DNA from: an uncultured Kiloniellales bacterium
GTDB taxonomy: Bacteria; Actinomycetota; Acidimicrobiia; Spongiisociales; UBA5794
Assembly: GCA_964196275.1 (NCBI GenBank)
Contig: CAXMSN010000001.1
Coordinates: 12,769 to 76,768, forward strand
DNA: 64,000 bases
Direction: 5' to 3'
The notes below the pieces were generated by a model. That model was given only the letters and a program-made list of their open reading frames with translations. It did no database searches and was not told the origin of the DNA. Position numbers and translations under genes: made by a program. Below are positions 1 through 10,400 of the stretch, one piece after another. Position 1 is the stretch's first letter, and every line of letters starts with the position of its first letter.

Positions 1-567
1 CGCCGTTGCAACCTCTCTGGGACTGCCGGCAAGATCATGATCGAGGACGAAGACGCTCTCGCCGTGCATGAACACGATTCGTCCGGCTGTGAACAGCAAC
101 GGGTACCGATGAATTCCAGTCTCATATCGGAGGTCGGTTCGTGCAACCATGCTGCCATCTGTGCGGAGAATCCACACTGTGGCACCTTGTTCTCCCCAAC
201 CGGTCGGTGTCGTGATGGCAATATCGCCTGTCAGGACTGCCGGTCCTTCAGATTCAGGACCCACGATCAACGCTGGATCGACACGGATCGTCGTGGCCGT
301 GGCAGGCACCACGACCGTCGACTTCGGAACCTCATCTGAGGATGTCTCTGGGGTCGTCGACGTTGTCGAAACTTCGGTCGTTGACGTGATTGTCTTCGGT
401 AGCGCAAGCCCGGCGGGTCGTGCATCTCCGGGCGACCCCAGGCTTGTCAGCAGCCACGCGACGGCGATCATGGCGGATGCGAGAGCCACGATCACCCAGA
501 TAGGCGTCGATCGTGGCTCGTTGCGACGGTTGGCTTCTTCCCCAACGATGCGAACAGGATCTTCCCT
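1..567 (-). CDS. Partial CDS running off the window start: membrane-anchored Ser/Thr-rich hypothetical protein
   Basis: Open minus-strand frame with no stop down to position 1. The in-frame stop is upstream at ~610 and the probable start is a GTG near 567. It encodes a hydrophobic anchor PIWVIVALASAMIAVAWLL followed by a Thr/Ser-rich linker. It is not in the ORF track because it is incomplete. The start is uncertain. Confidence 0.35.
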
Positions 568-713
568 CACCCAGACAACCCTACGCGAACCAGCACCGAT
601 CTTCAGGAGTCAGAGCTCACGGCCACGCGTGAGAATGCCCGTGGTCTGTGGTCTGTGGTCTGTGGTCCGTGGTCCGTGGTCCGTGGTCCGTGGTCCGGAG
701 CGAAGGCGAGCGA

Positions 714-926
714 TCAATATCCGTCGGAGCCGAAGCGGAGATTCTCCGCCTGTGCGTCCGTGCCTTCACCGATCAAGTCGAAGCGGACGCGCTGGCCTTG
801 GCGAAGGAAACGGAACATTGAGCCCTCAAGGCTCCCTGGTTTGAGGAGAACTTCGGAGCGGTCGTCATCGCGGACGATGATGCCCACTCCCGTTGCAGCG
901 TCGTAGACCTTGACGACGCCTTGCAT
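714..926 (-). CDS. Cold-shock-domain-like small protein (70 aa), degenerate RNP motifs
   Basis: C-terminal part of ORF 714..1103, taken from Met60 (MQGVVKVYDAATGVGIIVRDD...GQRVRFDLIGEGTDAQAENL). Its pattern matches the CspA fold (G.VK...G.G.I...G..L.EGQ.V.F....G..A.N). Its ATG overlaps the rpmB stop as TGATG. Confidence 0.45.
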   Translation of the reverse strand: MQGVVKVYDAATGVGIIVRDDDRSEVLLKPGSLEGSMFRFLRQGQRVRFDLIGEGTDAQAENLRFGSDGY

Positions 927-1114
927 CAGACCTTCTCGACCTTGCCGGCTTTGATGCAGGATGTGCATACGCGCGCCCTGCGTGAGTTGGATCCGTGCTT
1001 GACGCGGATCTTCTGGATGTTTGGACGCCAGGTCTTTGAAGAACGCTTGTGTGAGAAGCTGACCTGCTTGCCCGTCCACGGCTCCTTGCCGCAGACTTCG
1101 CACCTGTATGCCAT
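926..1114 (-). CDS. rpmB: 50S ribosomal protein L28
   Basis: Translation MAYRCEVCGKEPWTGKQVSFSHKRSSKTWRPNIQKIRVKHGSNSRRARVCTSCIKAGKVEKV is a typical actinobacterial L28, including the CxxC...CxxC zinc ribbon. It is divergent from recG, as in other actinobacteria. Confidence 0.7.
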   Translation of the reverse strand: MAYRCEVCGKEPWTGKQVSFSHKRSSKTWRPNIQKIRVKHGSNSRRARVCTSCIKAGKVEKV

Positions 1115-1220
1115 GTTGGGTAATCCTCCTGAGGCGACGATGAACGATAGCAGCGCGGTCCGCGTATTCGACCCTGCATCATGCTCGTAATAGGTCCGAA
1201 AACAGACCAACATCGGTCCT

Positions 1221-3443
1221 GTGAACGATGCCACACAGCCAAAGCCACGCTCGCTTGTCTATCTCGACGACGTCGATGTTGTCAATGTCAAGGGGATAGG
1301 TGCCGTGACCAGCCGCAAGCTTGCGGCCGTGGGTGTGGAGTCGGTAGCGGATCTCTTGCTCACGACGCCGCGTCGATACCTCGACCGCAGCCAACTTTTC
1401 GACATCGGTGCGGCCCCGTACGACGAAGAAGTCACGGTCGGTGGCGTCGTCGAGACGTTCAACAAGCGCCGCATTTCCCGTGGTCGCACGATGGTCGAGG
1501 CGCGGGTGTCCGACGGGACGAGTTCGGTGCGCGTCGTCTGGTTCAACCCATGGATCTCCATGACGGTGGGAGAAGAGGTTGCCCTGTCTGGCAAGATCGA
1601 GAACTTCAAGGGCTCGCGCCAGATGAAAGGCCCGGACGTCGACAGGCTGTCCGGTCCCGAGTCGCTCATCACCGGCCGTGTCGTTCCTGTCTACGGCGGA
1701 CTCGGCGGGTTGACGCCTTTCAAGATGAGGGAGTCCATGGCCAACGCTCTTCGCCGGTCACTTCCGATGGACGATCCGCTCAGCGAAGAGCAACGTGAAC
1801 CATTCCGACTCATGGACCGAACCAGTGCGTTCCAGAGCATCCACCTGCCGGACGAGTTCAGGGATGTATCGGCGGCGAAGCGCAGGCTGATCTTCGATGA
1901 GTTCCTGCGGATCCAGATGGCGTTCCTCGCACGGGCGCACGATGATTACGAGTCGAGCCGTGGCGTGGCGTTCGTTCCGGGGGAAGGGGAACTCTCGCTG
2001 AGATTCCGCGCACAGTTCCTCGCGGCGATCGGTGCGGAGGAACTCACATCCGCGCAGGAAGATGCGCTCGGCAAGATCAGGGACGGAATGGAGAACCAGA
2101 GTCCCATGCATGCACTGCTCCAGGGCGAGGTGGGTTCCGGGAAGACGATCGTCGCGTTGCTTGCGCTTCTCGGCGCGGTCGAGGATGGGCATCAAGGTGT
2201 CGTGATGGCGCCCACCGAGGTTCTCGCGACGCAGCACTACTTCGGCATCGAGCGACTGCTTGTTGACGCCGCTATGGCTCCGCAGATCGAGGATCGAGGT
2301 GCGGCAGGGACTGAGAACCTCTTCGGCGGAGACGATCCCGTCACCAGGCCGGTCCGCATCGGTCTGTTCACCGGATCGCGTGTAACGACCAACTTCGTGG
2401 CAGGGGATATCGGACGGAAGCAGGGTCTCGCATGGCTCGAAGACGGACTGATAGACATCGCCTTTGGAACCCAGGCACTCATTCAAGCCGATGTCTCATT
2501 CCAGTCCCTCGGCCTTGCAGTTGTCGATGAGCAGCACCGGTTCGGGGTCGAGCAGAGGGTCCAACTGCGGGCCGCACGCGATGACGGTGCTGTACCCGAC
2601 CTGCTTCTGATGACGGCGACGCCCATTCCCAGGACCTTCGCGATGGTGCTGTATGGCGATCTCGATCTGGTGACCATCACAGATCTCCCACCAGGACGCG
2701 TCGCTGTAGCCACCACGGCGGTGGCCGATACAGCCGACGCGCTCGAGGTGATCGATGAGACGATCGTGGCTCACGTGGGTCGAGGCCAGCAGGTGTTCGT
2801 GGTTTGCCCGCTCGTCAATGACTCAGACAAGATCGATGCGATCTCAGCCACATCGGAGTTCGCTCGCGTCTCGGCTTCCATACCGCAGGTCTCCGTCGGG
2901 TTGCTCCACGGCCAGGTCGGGTCCGACGACAAGGCCGCGATCATGGAGCAGTTCCGAGTTGGGGAGATAGACGTCCTCGTGGCCACGACCGTGATCGAGG
3001 TTGGCATCGACATTCCGAACGCAAGCTTGATCGTGGTCCGCAGCGCCGAGCGGTTCGGCCTCAGCCAACTCCACCAACTGAGGGGTCGGGTGGGTAGGGG
3101 CGAACACGCGAGCGAATGTCTTCTCGTTCATGATGCGAAGACGGCTGAGTCCGAGCAGCGGATCGAGGCGATGCTCGCATCTCATGACGGATACGTCCTC
3201 GCCGAGAAGGACCTTGAGATCCGGGGCCAGGGGACGGTGTTCGGGGGCTCCCAGTCCGGGAGTGCAGATCTCAGGCTTGCCCACATCGTCAGGGATGCAG
3301 ACCTCCTCGGAATCGCACGCGAGGTTGCCGAGGAAGCGATGAAGGTCGGCCGTGAGAGCGATCTCGTCCTTGCGGTCCTCGAGGAATCTGATCGGTTTCT
3401 CGGAACGCTCCCTGAGGCGATCGATGACGAGGTCGAAGTATGA
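1221..3443 (+). CDS. recG: ATP-dependent DNA helicase RecG
   Basis: 740 aa. Contains a Walker A motif (GEVGSGKT), a DEQH box (VVDEQHRFGVEQR) and the helicase C motifs. It starts at a GTG codon. Confidence 0.9.
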   Translation: MNDATQPKPRSLVYLDDVDVVNVKGIGAVTSRKLAAVGVESVADLLLTTPRRYLDRSQLFDIGAAPYDEEVTVGGVVETFNKRRISRGRTMVEARVSDGTSSVRVVWFNPWISMTVGEEVALSGKIENFKGSRQMKGPDVDRLSGPESLITGRVVPVYGGLGGLTPFKMRESMANALRRSLPMDDPLSEEQREPFRLMDRTSAFQSIHLPDEFRDVSAAKRRLIFDEFLRIQMAFLARAHDDYESSRGVAFVPGEGELSLRFRAQFLAAIGAEELTSAQEDALGKIRDGMENQSPMHALLQGEVGSGKTIVALLALLGAVEDGHQGVVMAPTEVLATQHYFGIERLLVDAAMAPQIEDRGAAGTENLFGGDDPVTRPVRIGLFTGSRVTTNFVAGDIGRKQGLAWLEDGLIDIAFGTQALIQADVSFQSLGLAVVDEQHRFGVEQRVQLRAARDDGAVPDLLLMTATPIPRTFAMVLYGDLDLVTITDLPPGRVAVATTAVADTADALEVIDETIVAHVGRGQQVFVVCPLVNDSDKIDAISATSEFARVSASIPQVSVGLLHGQVGSDDKAAIMEQFRVGEIDVLVATTVIEVGIDIPNASLIVVRSAERFGLSQLHQLRGRVGRGEHASECLLVHDAKTAESEQRIEAMLASHDGYVLAEKDLEIRGQGTVFGGSQSGSADLRLAHIVRDADLLGIAREVAEEAMKVGRESDLVLAVLEESDRFLGTLPEAIDDEVEV

Positions 3444-3976
3444 GGGTCATCGCCGGTGCGGCGAAAGGCACGAACCTGAAGGCTGCACGACACGGGACCC
3501 GTCCCATGACCGGCCGAGCACGGGAGTCCCTCTTCTCGATCATCGCAGCCCGCTTGCCGGCCGCCGAAGTACTCGATCTGTTCGCCGGGACCGGATCGCT
3601 CGGCCTCGAGTCTCTGAGCAGGGGAGCGGAACTTGCTGTTTTCGTAGAGTGGGACGACGAGGCGGCCATTCTTCTGAAGGACAACATCGAGTCGGTCGGC
3701 CTCGGAGGCTCGGTCATACAGAAGGACGTCGAGGTAGCGCTTGGATCGCTTCGCCGATTGTTCGATGTCGTCTTCGTGGACCCACCGTACGCTGACGACG
3801 ACGAATCGGTCGAGCGGACACTGGCGCGCCTGGAGCCACTGCTCGCGCCCGATGGCCTTGTCGTCGTCCACAGACAGGCGCGGAGTGCGTTCGGAGTCCC
3901 TGATTTCCTCACTTCAACTGATGAGCGGCGTTACGGTGATGCTGTGATAACGATGTTGGAGAGGACGGTCGCGTGA
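3440..3976 (+). CDS. rsmD: 16S rRNA (guanine966-N2)-methyltransferase RsmD
   Basis: Contains DLFAGTGSLGLE and VFVDPPYA motifs. Overlaps the recG stop as ATGA. Confidence 0.85.
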   Translation: MRVIAGAAKGTNLKAARHGTRPMTGRARESLFSIIAARLPAAEVLDLFAGTGSLGLESLSRGAELAVFVEWDDEAAILLKDNIESVGLGGSVIQKDVEVALGSLRRLFDVVFVDPPYADDDESVERTLARLEPLLAPDGLVVVHRQARSAFGVPDFLTSTDERRYGDAVITMLERTVA

Positions 3977-4449
3977 TCACCGCGCTTGTACCAGGAAGTT
4001 TCGATCCCCCGACCAAGGGACATCTCGACGTCGTCGAGCGGCTCGTGCCGCTTTTCGATCAGATCGTCGTGGGCGTCGTGCACAATCCGTCGAAGAGTCC
4101 ACTGTTCTCCGCCGAGGAGCGAGTATCGCTTCTCGAGGAGTGCACCGCCCAGTGGTCGAACGTCAGCGTTCATAGCTTCTCCGGTCTGTTGGTTGACTAC
4201 GCCATCGAGATCGGTGCGAGGACCGTCGTCAAAGGACTCAGGGCGGTAACAGACTTCGAATACGAGATCCAGATGTCCCAGATGAACAGGCACCTTTCGG
4301 GCGACGTTGTGTCCCTGTTCGTTGCTACGAAGCCCGAGTACGGTTATCTCTCGTCATCACTTGTCAAGGAAGTGGCGCGTCTCGGGGGCTCGGTCGAGGC
4401 CTTGGTTCCCGGGCCGGTGGCGACAGCATTGAAGGAGCGACTCGCATGA
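3973..4449 (+). CDS. coaD: Phosphopantetheine adenylyltransferase
   Basis: Translation begins MITALVPGSFDPPTKGHLDVVER, carrying the (T/H)xGH nucleotidyltransferase motif. GTGA overlap with rsmD. Confidence 0.9.
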   Translation: MITALVPGSFDPPTKGHLDVVERLVPLFDQIVVGVVHNPSKSPLFSAEERVSLLEECTAQWSNVSVHSFSGLLVDYAIEIGARTVVKGLRAVTDFEYEIQMSQMNRHLSGDVVSLFVATKPEYGYLSSSLVKEVARLGGSVEALVPGPVATALKERLA

Positions 4450-4967
4450 CCGACAACATCGAGAGTGCACATCCAGCCCCAATGGTTCCGGGAGCCATCG
4501 CAGATCTGCTCGAAGATCTCCTTAGCGAGATCCAGAGTGCGCGTGCGGTCCCACTTTCGAACAACGTCATGATCAACCAGGAGGAGATCCTCGATCGACT
4601 CCACCAGGCGATCGAGGACCTCCCAGAAGAACTGAGGGCCGCCCGGTGGATGGTCCGTGAACGCGAGGCGTATATCTCACGTACCAACGAGAAGGCACGC
4701 GATCTCCTGGTGAAGGCACGTGAAGAGTCGGAACAGCTTGTCTCGGAGAACTACGTCGTCCAGGAAGCCGTCGAAGAGGCGAACGCACTTGTACGAAACG
4801 CAGAGAGCGAGGGGCGACGGATCAGACTCGAAGCCGAGGATTTCGCCGAACGCCACCTGAGCGAAGCCGAATCCGTACTTGGCGAGCTCTACCGCTACAT
4901 CACCGAAGCCAGAGCAGAACTCCACAAGGCTCTTCCGCCAGCTGAACCACCACCGATCAGCGAGTAG
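4446..4967 (+). CDS. Hypothetical coiled-coil protein conserved downstream of coaD
   Basis: 173 aa, charged, with heptad-like E/R/A-rich sequence. It overlaps the coaD stop. No catalytic motif was recognised. Confidence 0.5.
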   Translation: MTDNIESAHPAPMVPGAIADLLEDLLSEIQSARAVPLSNNVMINQEEILDRLHQAIEDLPEELRAARWMVREREAYISRTNEKARDLLVKAREESEQLVSENYVVQEAVEEANALVRNAESEGRRIRLEAEDFAERHLSEAESVLGELYRYITEARAELHKALPPAEPPPISE

Positions 4968-5013
4968 TCCGACAGAGGACCAAGCCGTTCCGCGCCGTCC
5001 CTACCCTGAAGGC

Positions 5014-5517
5014 ATGCTCCGTTCCCCCTTCTTGCTCAATGTTGCTGATCTTCTCGGGATGAACGCTTCCGGTCGCGAGGTCACGATCGAGGCCCCTGTG
5101 GACTGGGGCCTCGAACTCATTGCGTTAACTCCAGATGAGCCGATAACGGCTGATCTGATGCTGCACCCGATCTCGAACGGCATCGCCGTGACGGGCCGGG
5201 TCAACTTCGTGACTGTCGACACCTGCCATCGATGCCTCGACACGACCCGTAGGGAACGTTCGGCGTCGATCGGTGCCCTGTTCGATGAGGCCGTCGACGA
5301 TGAGAGCTACCCGCTCGACGGGCAGGAGATCGATGTCGAACAGATGCTTCGCGATGAGGTGATTCTCTCCTTGCCGTTGACCACGACATGCGACGACGAA
5401 TGCTCATCAGTTGTAGAAGACGCTCCGATAGACTTGAATGAAGACTCCCCGGACGACGAGGGCGATGTTCGTTCGCCCTTTGCAGTCCTCAAGGATCTCC
5501 TCGAACCCGGGGAATAA
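5014..5517 (+). CDS. yceD: DUF177/YceD family protein (large-subunit rRNA accumulation protein)
   Basis: Contains the CHRCLD...CDDEC metal-binding pattern. It sits immediately upstream of rpmF, as in most bacteria. Internal ATG of ORF 4879..5517 chosen as start. Confidence 0.7.
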   Translation: MLRSPFLLNVADLLGMNASGREVTIEAPVDWGLELIALTPDEPITADLMLHPISNGIAVTGRVNFVTVDTCHRCLDTTRRERSASIGALFDEAVDDESYPLDGQEIDVEQMLRDEVILSLPLTTTCDDECSSVVEDAPIDLNEDSPDDEGDVRSPFAVLKDLLEPGE

Positions 5518-5534
5518 GTAAAAGGTTTACCAAC

Positions 5535-5708
5535 ATGGCAGTACCGAAGAAAAAGATGTCGCGGTCCCGCACTCGGCGTCGCAAGGCTCAATGGAAGGTC
5601 GCACGGCCAACCATCGCCCGTTGCCAGCAATGCAACTCACCTCACCGCCCCCACAGGGCCTGCGAAGTGTGCGGCACCTACAACGGGCGCGAAGTTACCC
5701 CTGTCTAG
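5535..5708 (+). CDS. rpmF: 50S ribosomal protein L32
   Basis: 57 aa: MAVPKKKMSRSRTRRRKAQWKVARPTIARCQQCNSPHRPHRACEVCGTYNGREVTPV. It is below the ORF-track length cutoff. It lies between yceD and plsX. Confidence 0.85.
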   Translation: MAVPKKKMSRSRTRRRKAQWKVARPTIARCQQCNSPHRPHRACEVCGTYNGREVTPV

Positions 5709-5717
5709 TAGCTGCAC

Positions 5718-6695
5718 ATGCCACTGATAGCCATCGACGCCATGGGGGGCGACAACGCTCCTCATGAAGTCGTCGAAGGTGCCGTGGCCGCCTCCGAAGG
5801 AGGTACCCGCATCGTCCTCGTTGGTGACGAGGCTGCGATTGAACCAGTTCTTGCCGGACGAGGGAATGACATCTCGATCCGCCATGCGACAGAAGTCATC
5901 GACATGGATGACGATCCTTCGCATGCGATCCGTGAGAAGAAGGACGCATCGATCGTCGTCGCGTCCCGCATGGTCTCCTCAGGTGAAGCCGATGCGCTGA
6001 TCTCGGCTGGTTCCACCGGTGCTGCGATGGCATGCGCCGCGTTCTTGATAGGTCGCCTCAAAGGCGTGTCCCGCCCAGCCATCGCAACGTTCTTTCCAAG
6101 CGGTCAGTGCGTTATGGACATGGGTGCGAACCTCGAGGTGAAACCGGAACATCTTCTCGAGTTCGCCGTCATGGGCTCAGCGTTGTCAGAGGTCTATCGC
6201 CACATCGACAACCCGAAGGTGGGCCTCTTGAACATCGGCGAGGAGTCGACCAAGGGCAGGGAGGTCGAAAGGGCTGCCTATGCGCTCCTCGATGCCAGCG
6301 CAGCGATCAACTTCATCGGGAACGTCGAAGGCCGCGACATCGCCGCACACACCGCCGATGTCATCGTCACAGACGGCTTCACCGGCAACGTTCTGCTGAA
6401 AACGAGCGAGGGCGCAGGGAAGGCGATTCAGCAGATGATCCTCGAGACGCTCTCACAACCCGCCTACCAGGACATGGTTCCCGGCCTCATGCCCGCCTTC
6501 ATGGAGTTGCGCGAGCGACTGAGTCCTGAGAGCGTCGGCGGTGCGCACCTCGTCGGCACGAAGGGTGTCGTGGTGATCGCACATGGTTCGTCATCGCGGG
6601 TCGCCATCACGAATGCGATCACGATCGCAGCCGACGGTGCGAGATCCGGCCTTGTGGAGAAGATCGCTGATGGCATCCAAAACGCCACTCACTGA
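5718..6695 (+). CDS. plsX: Phosphate acyltransferase PlsX
   Basis: Translation begins MPLIAIDAMGGDNAPHEVVEGA, which matches the PlsX family over its 325-aa length. Confidence 0.9.
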   Translation: MPLIAIDAMGGDNAPHEVVEGAVAASEGGTRIVLVGDEAAIEPVLAGRGNDISIRHATEVIDMDDDPSHAIREKKDASIVVASRMVSSGEADALISAGSTGAAMACAAFLIGRLKGVSRPAIATFFPSGQCVMDMGANLEVKPEHLLEFAVMGSALSEVYRHIDNPKVGLLNIGEESTKGREVERAAYALLDASAAINFIGNVEGRDIAAHTADVIVTDGFTGNVLLKTSEGAGKAIQQMILETLSQPAYQDMVPGLMPAFMELRERLSPESVGGAHLVGTKGVVVIAHGSSSRVAITNAITIAADGARSGLVEKIADGIQNATH

Positions 6696-7380
6696 CGGAC
6701 CGACCGATGGCTCGCTTGCGTCGATAGAGACTGCCCTCGGCCATTCCTTCAGCGAACCAGATCTCCTTCTCCATGCCGTCACGCACACGTCGTTCGCCGC
6801 GGAGAATCACGGCGCCACGTCATACGAGCGCCTCGAATTCCTTGGCGACGCCGTCCTGGAGTTGAGCACAACGGATGTGATCTTCTCGCTACTCGCGGAA
6901 GAGTCCGAGGGCCGCATGACGAAGGTCCGTGCATCGGTTGTCGACATTACGACGCTTGCCGAGGTCGCTCGCACGGTTGGACTCGCAGACGTTGTCCGCC
7001 TCGGCGTTGGGGAGGAGCGCAGTGGGGGAGCAGACAGAGATTCGATCCTCTCCGACACGATGGAGGCCGTTCTCGGAGCGATCTACGTTGACGGCGGGTT
7101 CGAAGCGGCACACGGTGTGGTCACATCTCTGTGGACAGAGATAATCGCCTCTCGTATCGCCGCACCGGTAGTAACCGACGGCAGGTCACGACTTCAGGAA
7201 CTCATTGCGCAACGTGGCGGGACCGTGAAGTTCGGGTTCGAACGGAGCGGACCTGATCATGCCGCGGTGTACGTTGCCACCGTCCTCGTCAACGGAGAGG
7301 CGGCTGGGACGGGAACAGGGAGTTCCAAGAAGTCGGCGGCGATCGCGGCATCGGACAGCGCTCTTCGGTCGGATGAGTAA
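6670..7380 (+). CDS. rnc: Ribonuclease III
   Basis: Contains the RNase III signature ERLEFLGDAVLEL and a C-terminal dsRBD. Start at an internal ATG that overlaps the plsX 3' end. Confidence 0.85.
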   Translation: MASKTPLTDGPTDGSLASIETALGHSFSEPDLLLHAVTHTSFAAENHGATSYERLEFLGDAVLELSTTDVIFSLLAEESEGRMTKVRASVVDITTLAEVARTVGLADVVRLGVGEERSGGADRDSILSDTMEAVLGAIYVDGGFEAAHGVVTSLWTEIIASRIAAPVVTDGRSRLQELIAQRGGTVKFGFERSGPDHAAVYVATVLVNGEAAGTGTGSSKKSAAIAASDSALRSDE

Positions 7381-7444
7381 GGCTACAGCCGAACAGCCAA
7401 GGTGAAGCACACGCATGTAATTCGCTCTGGTAGCCTGTGGCACC

Positions 7445-10400
7445 GTGAAACTCAAACATCTGACATTGCGAGGCTTCAAGTCGTTCGCAGATAGAACCCG
7501 ACTCGACTTCTCCACCGGCGTCAACGTTGTTGTCGGCCCCAACGGCTCGGGGAAATCCAACATCCTCGATGCCATCGCGTGGGTCATGGGCACGCAGGGA
7601 ACGAAGTCGTTGCGCACGGAGAAGATGGAAGACGTCGTCTTCGCCGGTACTGAGTCTCGCCCGCCCTTGCCTCGAGCTGAGGTGGCACTGTCGTTCGCCA
7701 ACGATGACCAGCTCATGCCACTCGGTCTCGCAGAGATCACGATCACCCGTCGTTTGTTCAGAGACGGCACGTCTGAGTACGAGCTCAACGGTGCGCCATG
7801 CCGACTGCTCGATATCCAAGAATTGCTCTCTGATGGCGGAATCGGAAGACAGCAGCACGTCTTGGTGAATCAGGGACAGGTCGGCGACATCCTCAATGCA
7901 CGCCCCGAGGATCACCGTGGCGTCATCGAGGAGGCGGCAGGTGTCACGAAGCATCGTTCGAGACGTGACAGGGCGATGCGAAGGCTCGAACGGACGGACC
8001 ACGACGTGGAGAGGCTCAACGACATTCTGGGCGAGAAGCGCAAGGCCATGCGTCCGCTCAAGAGGCAGGCGAATGCAGCTGGGCGGCACGATTCGGTCCG
8101 TGACGAGGCCCTTGCGATCAGGCTCTGGCTCGGCGGTGAGGATCTCCGGTCCATCAGGAACAGATTGAATGAAGCCGAAACCGAGCGGTCTGAAGGTGCG
8201 AACGTCCGCGACACGACCGACAAGGAGCTGACCGATCTGCTCGGCTCGCTTGAGGACCTGCGGAGTGCCGCTGGCGTGGTTGGCTCGCAGCTCAGCCGTG
8301 ACACTGCAGCCGCAGCAAGGCTCGAGACAGTGACTGAACGCCTTCGACGTATCTCCCTTGTGTCTCGTGAACGCAGAAGATCGATCGCATCGCGTGCCGA
8401 AGGTGCCGATGAACGGCGCGAGGACCTCGAGATCGAACAACGAGATCTCACCGACGTCGTGGCGAGCACCGAAGCGGCAGAGTCGGCGGCATCTGAGGAA
8501 GCTGACCGCACAGACGTGGCGCTCAAGGCACTTGAGGACGAGGAACGGTCGCTTTCCGAGCAGATCAAACTGCCGACAGAGGGCGTTGTGGCCAATCTGC
8601 GTGGCGACCTTCGCGCACTCGAGAACGCATCCCAGCGAGACGTCAGTGAGACTGAGCACATAAGGGCGCGCTTCGACGTCGTCGCTGCGCGCCGTACCGA
8701 GGAGAACGAAGAGACCGATCGCCTCAATTCCGAGATCGAAACTACAGACGCCGCTGTCACAGAACTGCAGGACGTTTACACCACGAGGAAACAGGCCAGG
8801 GAGAGCGCTCAGGTGGTCTGGGAGCGCGACGAGTCCGACGTGGCCGAAGCCAGGCTGAAGGCTGCCGGGGCGGAAGCGAGAGTGGAGGCTCTCGAGACGG
8901 CCGTTGCCGGGCTAATCGATGAGCGTGCGCGTGACCTCGCTTCGGGCGCCGATGGCGTCCTGGGTTCTCTTGTCGCACGACTCGACGTTCCTGTGGAGGT
9001 CGCAGACGCGGTTGACGCTGCGCTGGGGGAGTGGCGGGGCGCCTTCGTTGCCCAGGACCAGTCCGCCGTTCGTTCCGTTGTCGAGGTTCTCAAGGGTGCG
9101 GGTTCTGGCGGAGTGTCGGTCGTGAGTTCGAGTCCTGTCCCGGTTGATCAGACGAGGGCGATAGCGGCTCGGTTCGGCGTGGACGCGATGGTTGACGTGC
9201 TCGGTCCGAAGGCGGACGAATCAGTCGCTTCGATGTTCCTCGGTGACGTCGTGGTCGTGCAGGGTTGGATGGCGGGCTGGAGCCTGGTGTCCGAGGAGCC
9301 CTGGGTCAGAGCGGTGACGCCTGAAGGAGACCTGATCACGCAGCGGGGCATGTTCGTGGCCCAGCCGGATGGAGCAGGCCCTGCTGCGCTTGAGGCAGCT
9401 CGGGTTGGCCTTGAAGCTGCTCAGCATCAACTCACTGAGACCGAGACCGGGCTTCACAAGTCCCGGCTCGCATTCGACGGGACGAGAGAAGGCGAGCGCA
9501 GCGCCCTCGAATCGCTCGAAGCGCTGGAAGCGACCCTGGCAGGGCTCACGGAAGCGCTCGGACTCGTTGGACGAGCTCATGTCGCGTCACGCGACGAGGC
9601 AGCCCGCCTGAGCAACCGCCTGGAAGCACTCGAAGAAGCGAGAACCTCGCGTGACGAGAGGATCACTTCGCTGCGAGACCGAGTCGCCGAGTTCCAAGGA
9701 GAGGAAGCCGTCAGGCAGCAGGCGTGGGATGCCCTCAACGACCGCAGGGCGGAAGTCGCTCAACTCCGTGACGGCGCTCGTAAGCGGCGTGAGGCAGCCA
9801 CAGCGGAACTCGCTTCGATCGTTGAACGGAGGCGGATAAGTGAGCGGAGGCTTGCTGTGATCTCTTCGGAGGTCGCCCAACTGCAGTTCCTGCCTGGTCA
9901 GGACGAAGCGGTTGCCGCTCTTGAACAGATCGAGGCTCGCTCGGATCGTGTGACGCTCGTCGTCGCATCACACATCGAGGCTCTGCGCATACGGCAACGG
10001 GAGCTGAGGGAGAGCGTTGGAACTGCGAATTCCGAACTCACCGATGCAGAGGAACGTCGGGAGGTTCTCGATACGCAGCGTCGAACGTCGGCCGACGCCG
10101 TGAATGCCCTCGATATTGAGATCGCTGAACTTCGTGTGCGGGACGAGTCCGTAGCCGAAGGTTTGAGACGCGACGCCGACTCCGACGAAGCCACCGCGCT
10201 CGGTGCGGAGATGCCGGAACTGGCCTCGGGGATCAACATGAAAGAGCGTCTGGCATCCCTTGAGGCTGACCTCCGACGGATGGGACCCATCAATCCGCTC
10301 GCTGCATCTGAATACGCTGAACTGTCGGGAGAGGTCGACGAGTTGGAAGCGCAGCTCAACGACTTGAGCGACTCTCGTGCAGAGCTCAAGAAGGTCGTTG

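Noticed and set aside
641-696. CRISPR array interpretation of the tandem repeats.
   Set aside because: The period is 7 nt with no spacers and no cas genes nearby. It is a simple tandem or dispersed repeat, not CRISPR.
7289-8659. 456-aa minus-strand ORF antisense to smc. Similar long antisense ORFs occur at 22118-22852, 24159-25457, 61229-62290, 43672-44523 and 149-844.
   Set aside because: Each lies entirely within a well-supported gene on the opposite strand. Their translations are Arg/Ser/Pro-rich low-complexity sequence, typical of spurious ORFs in high-GC DNA. No motifs are present.
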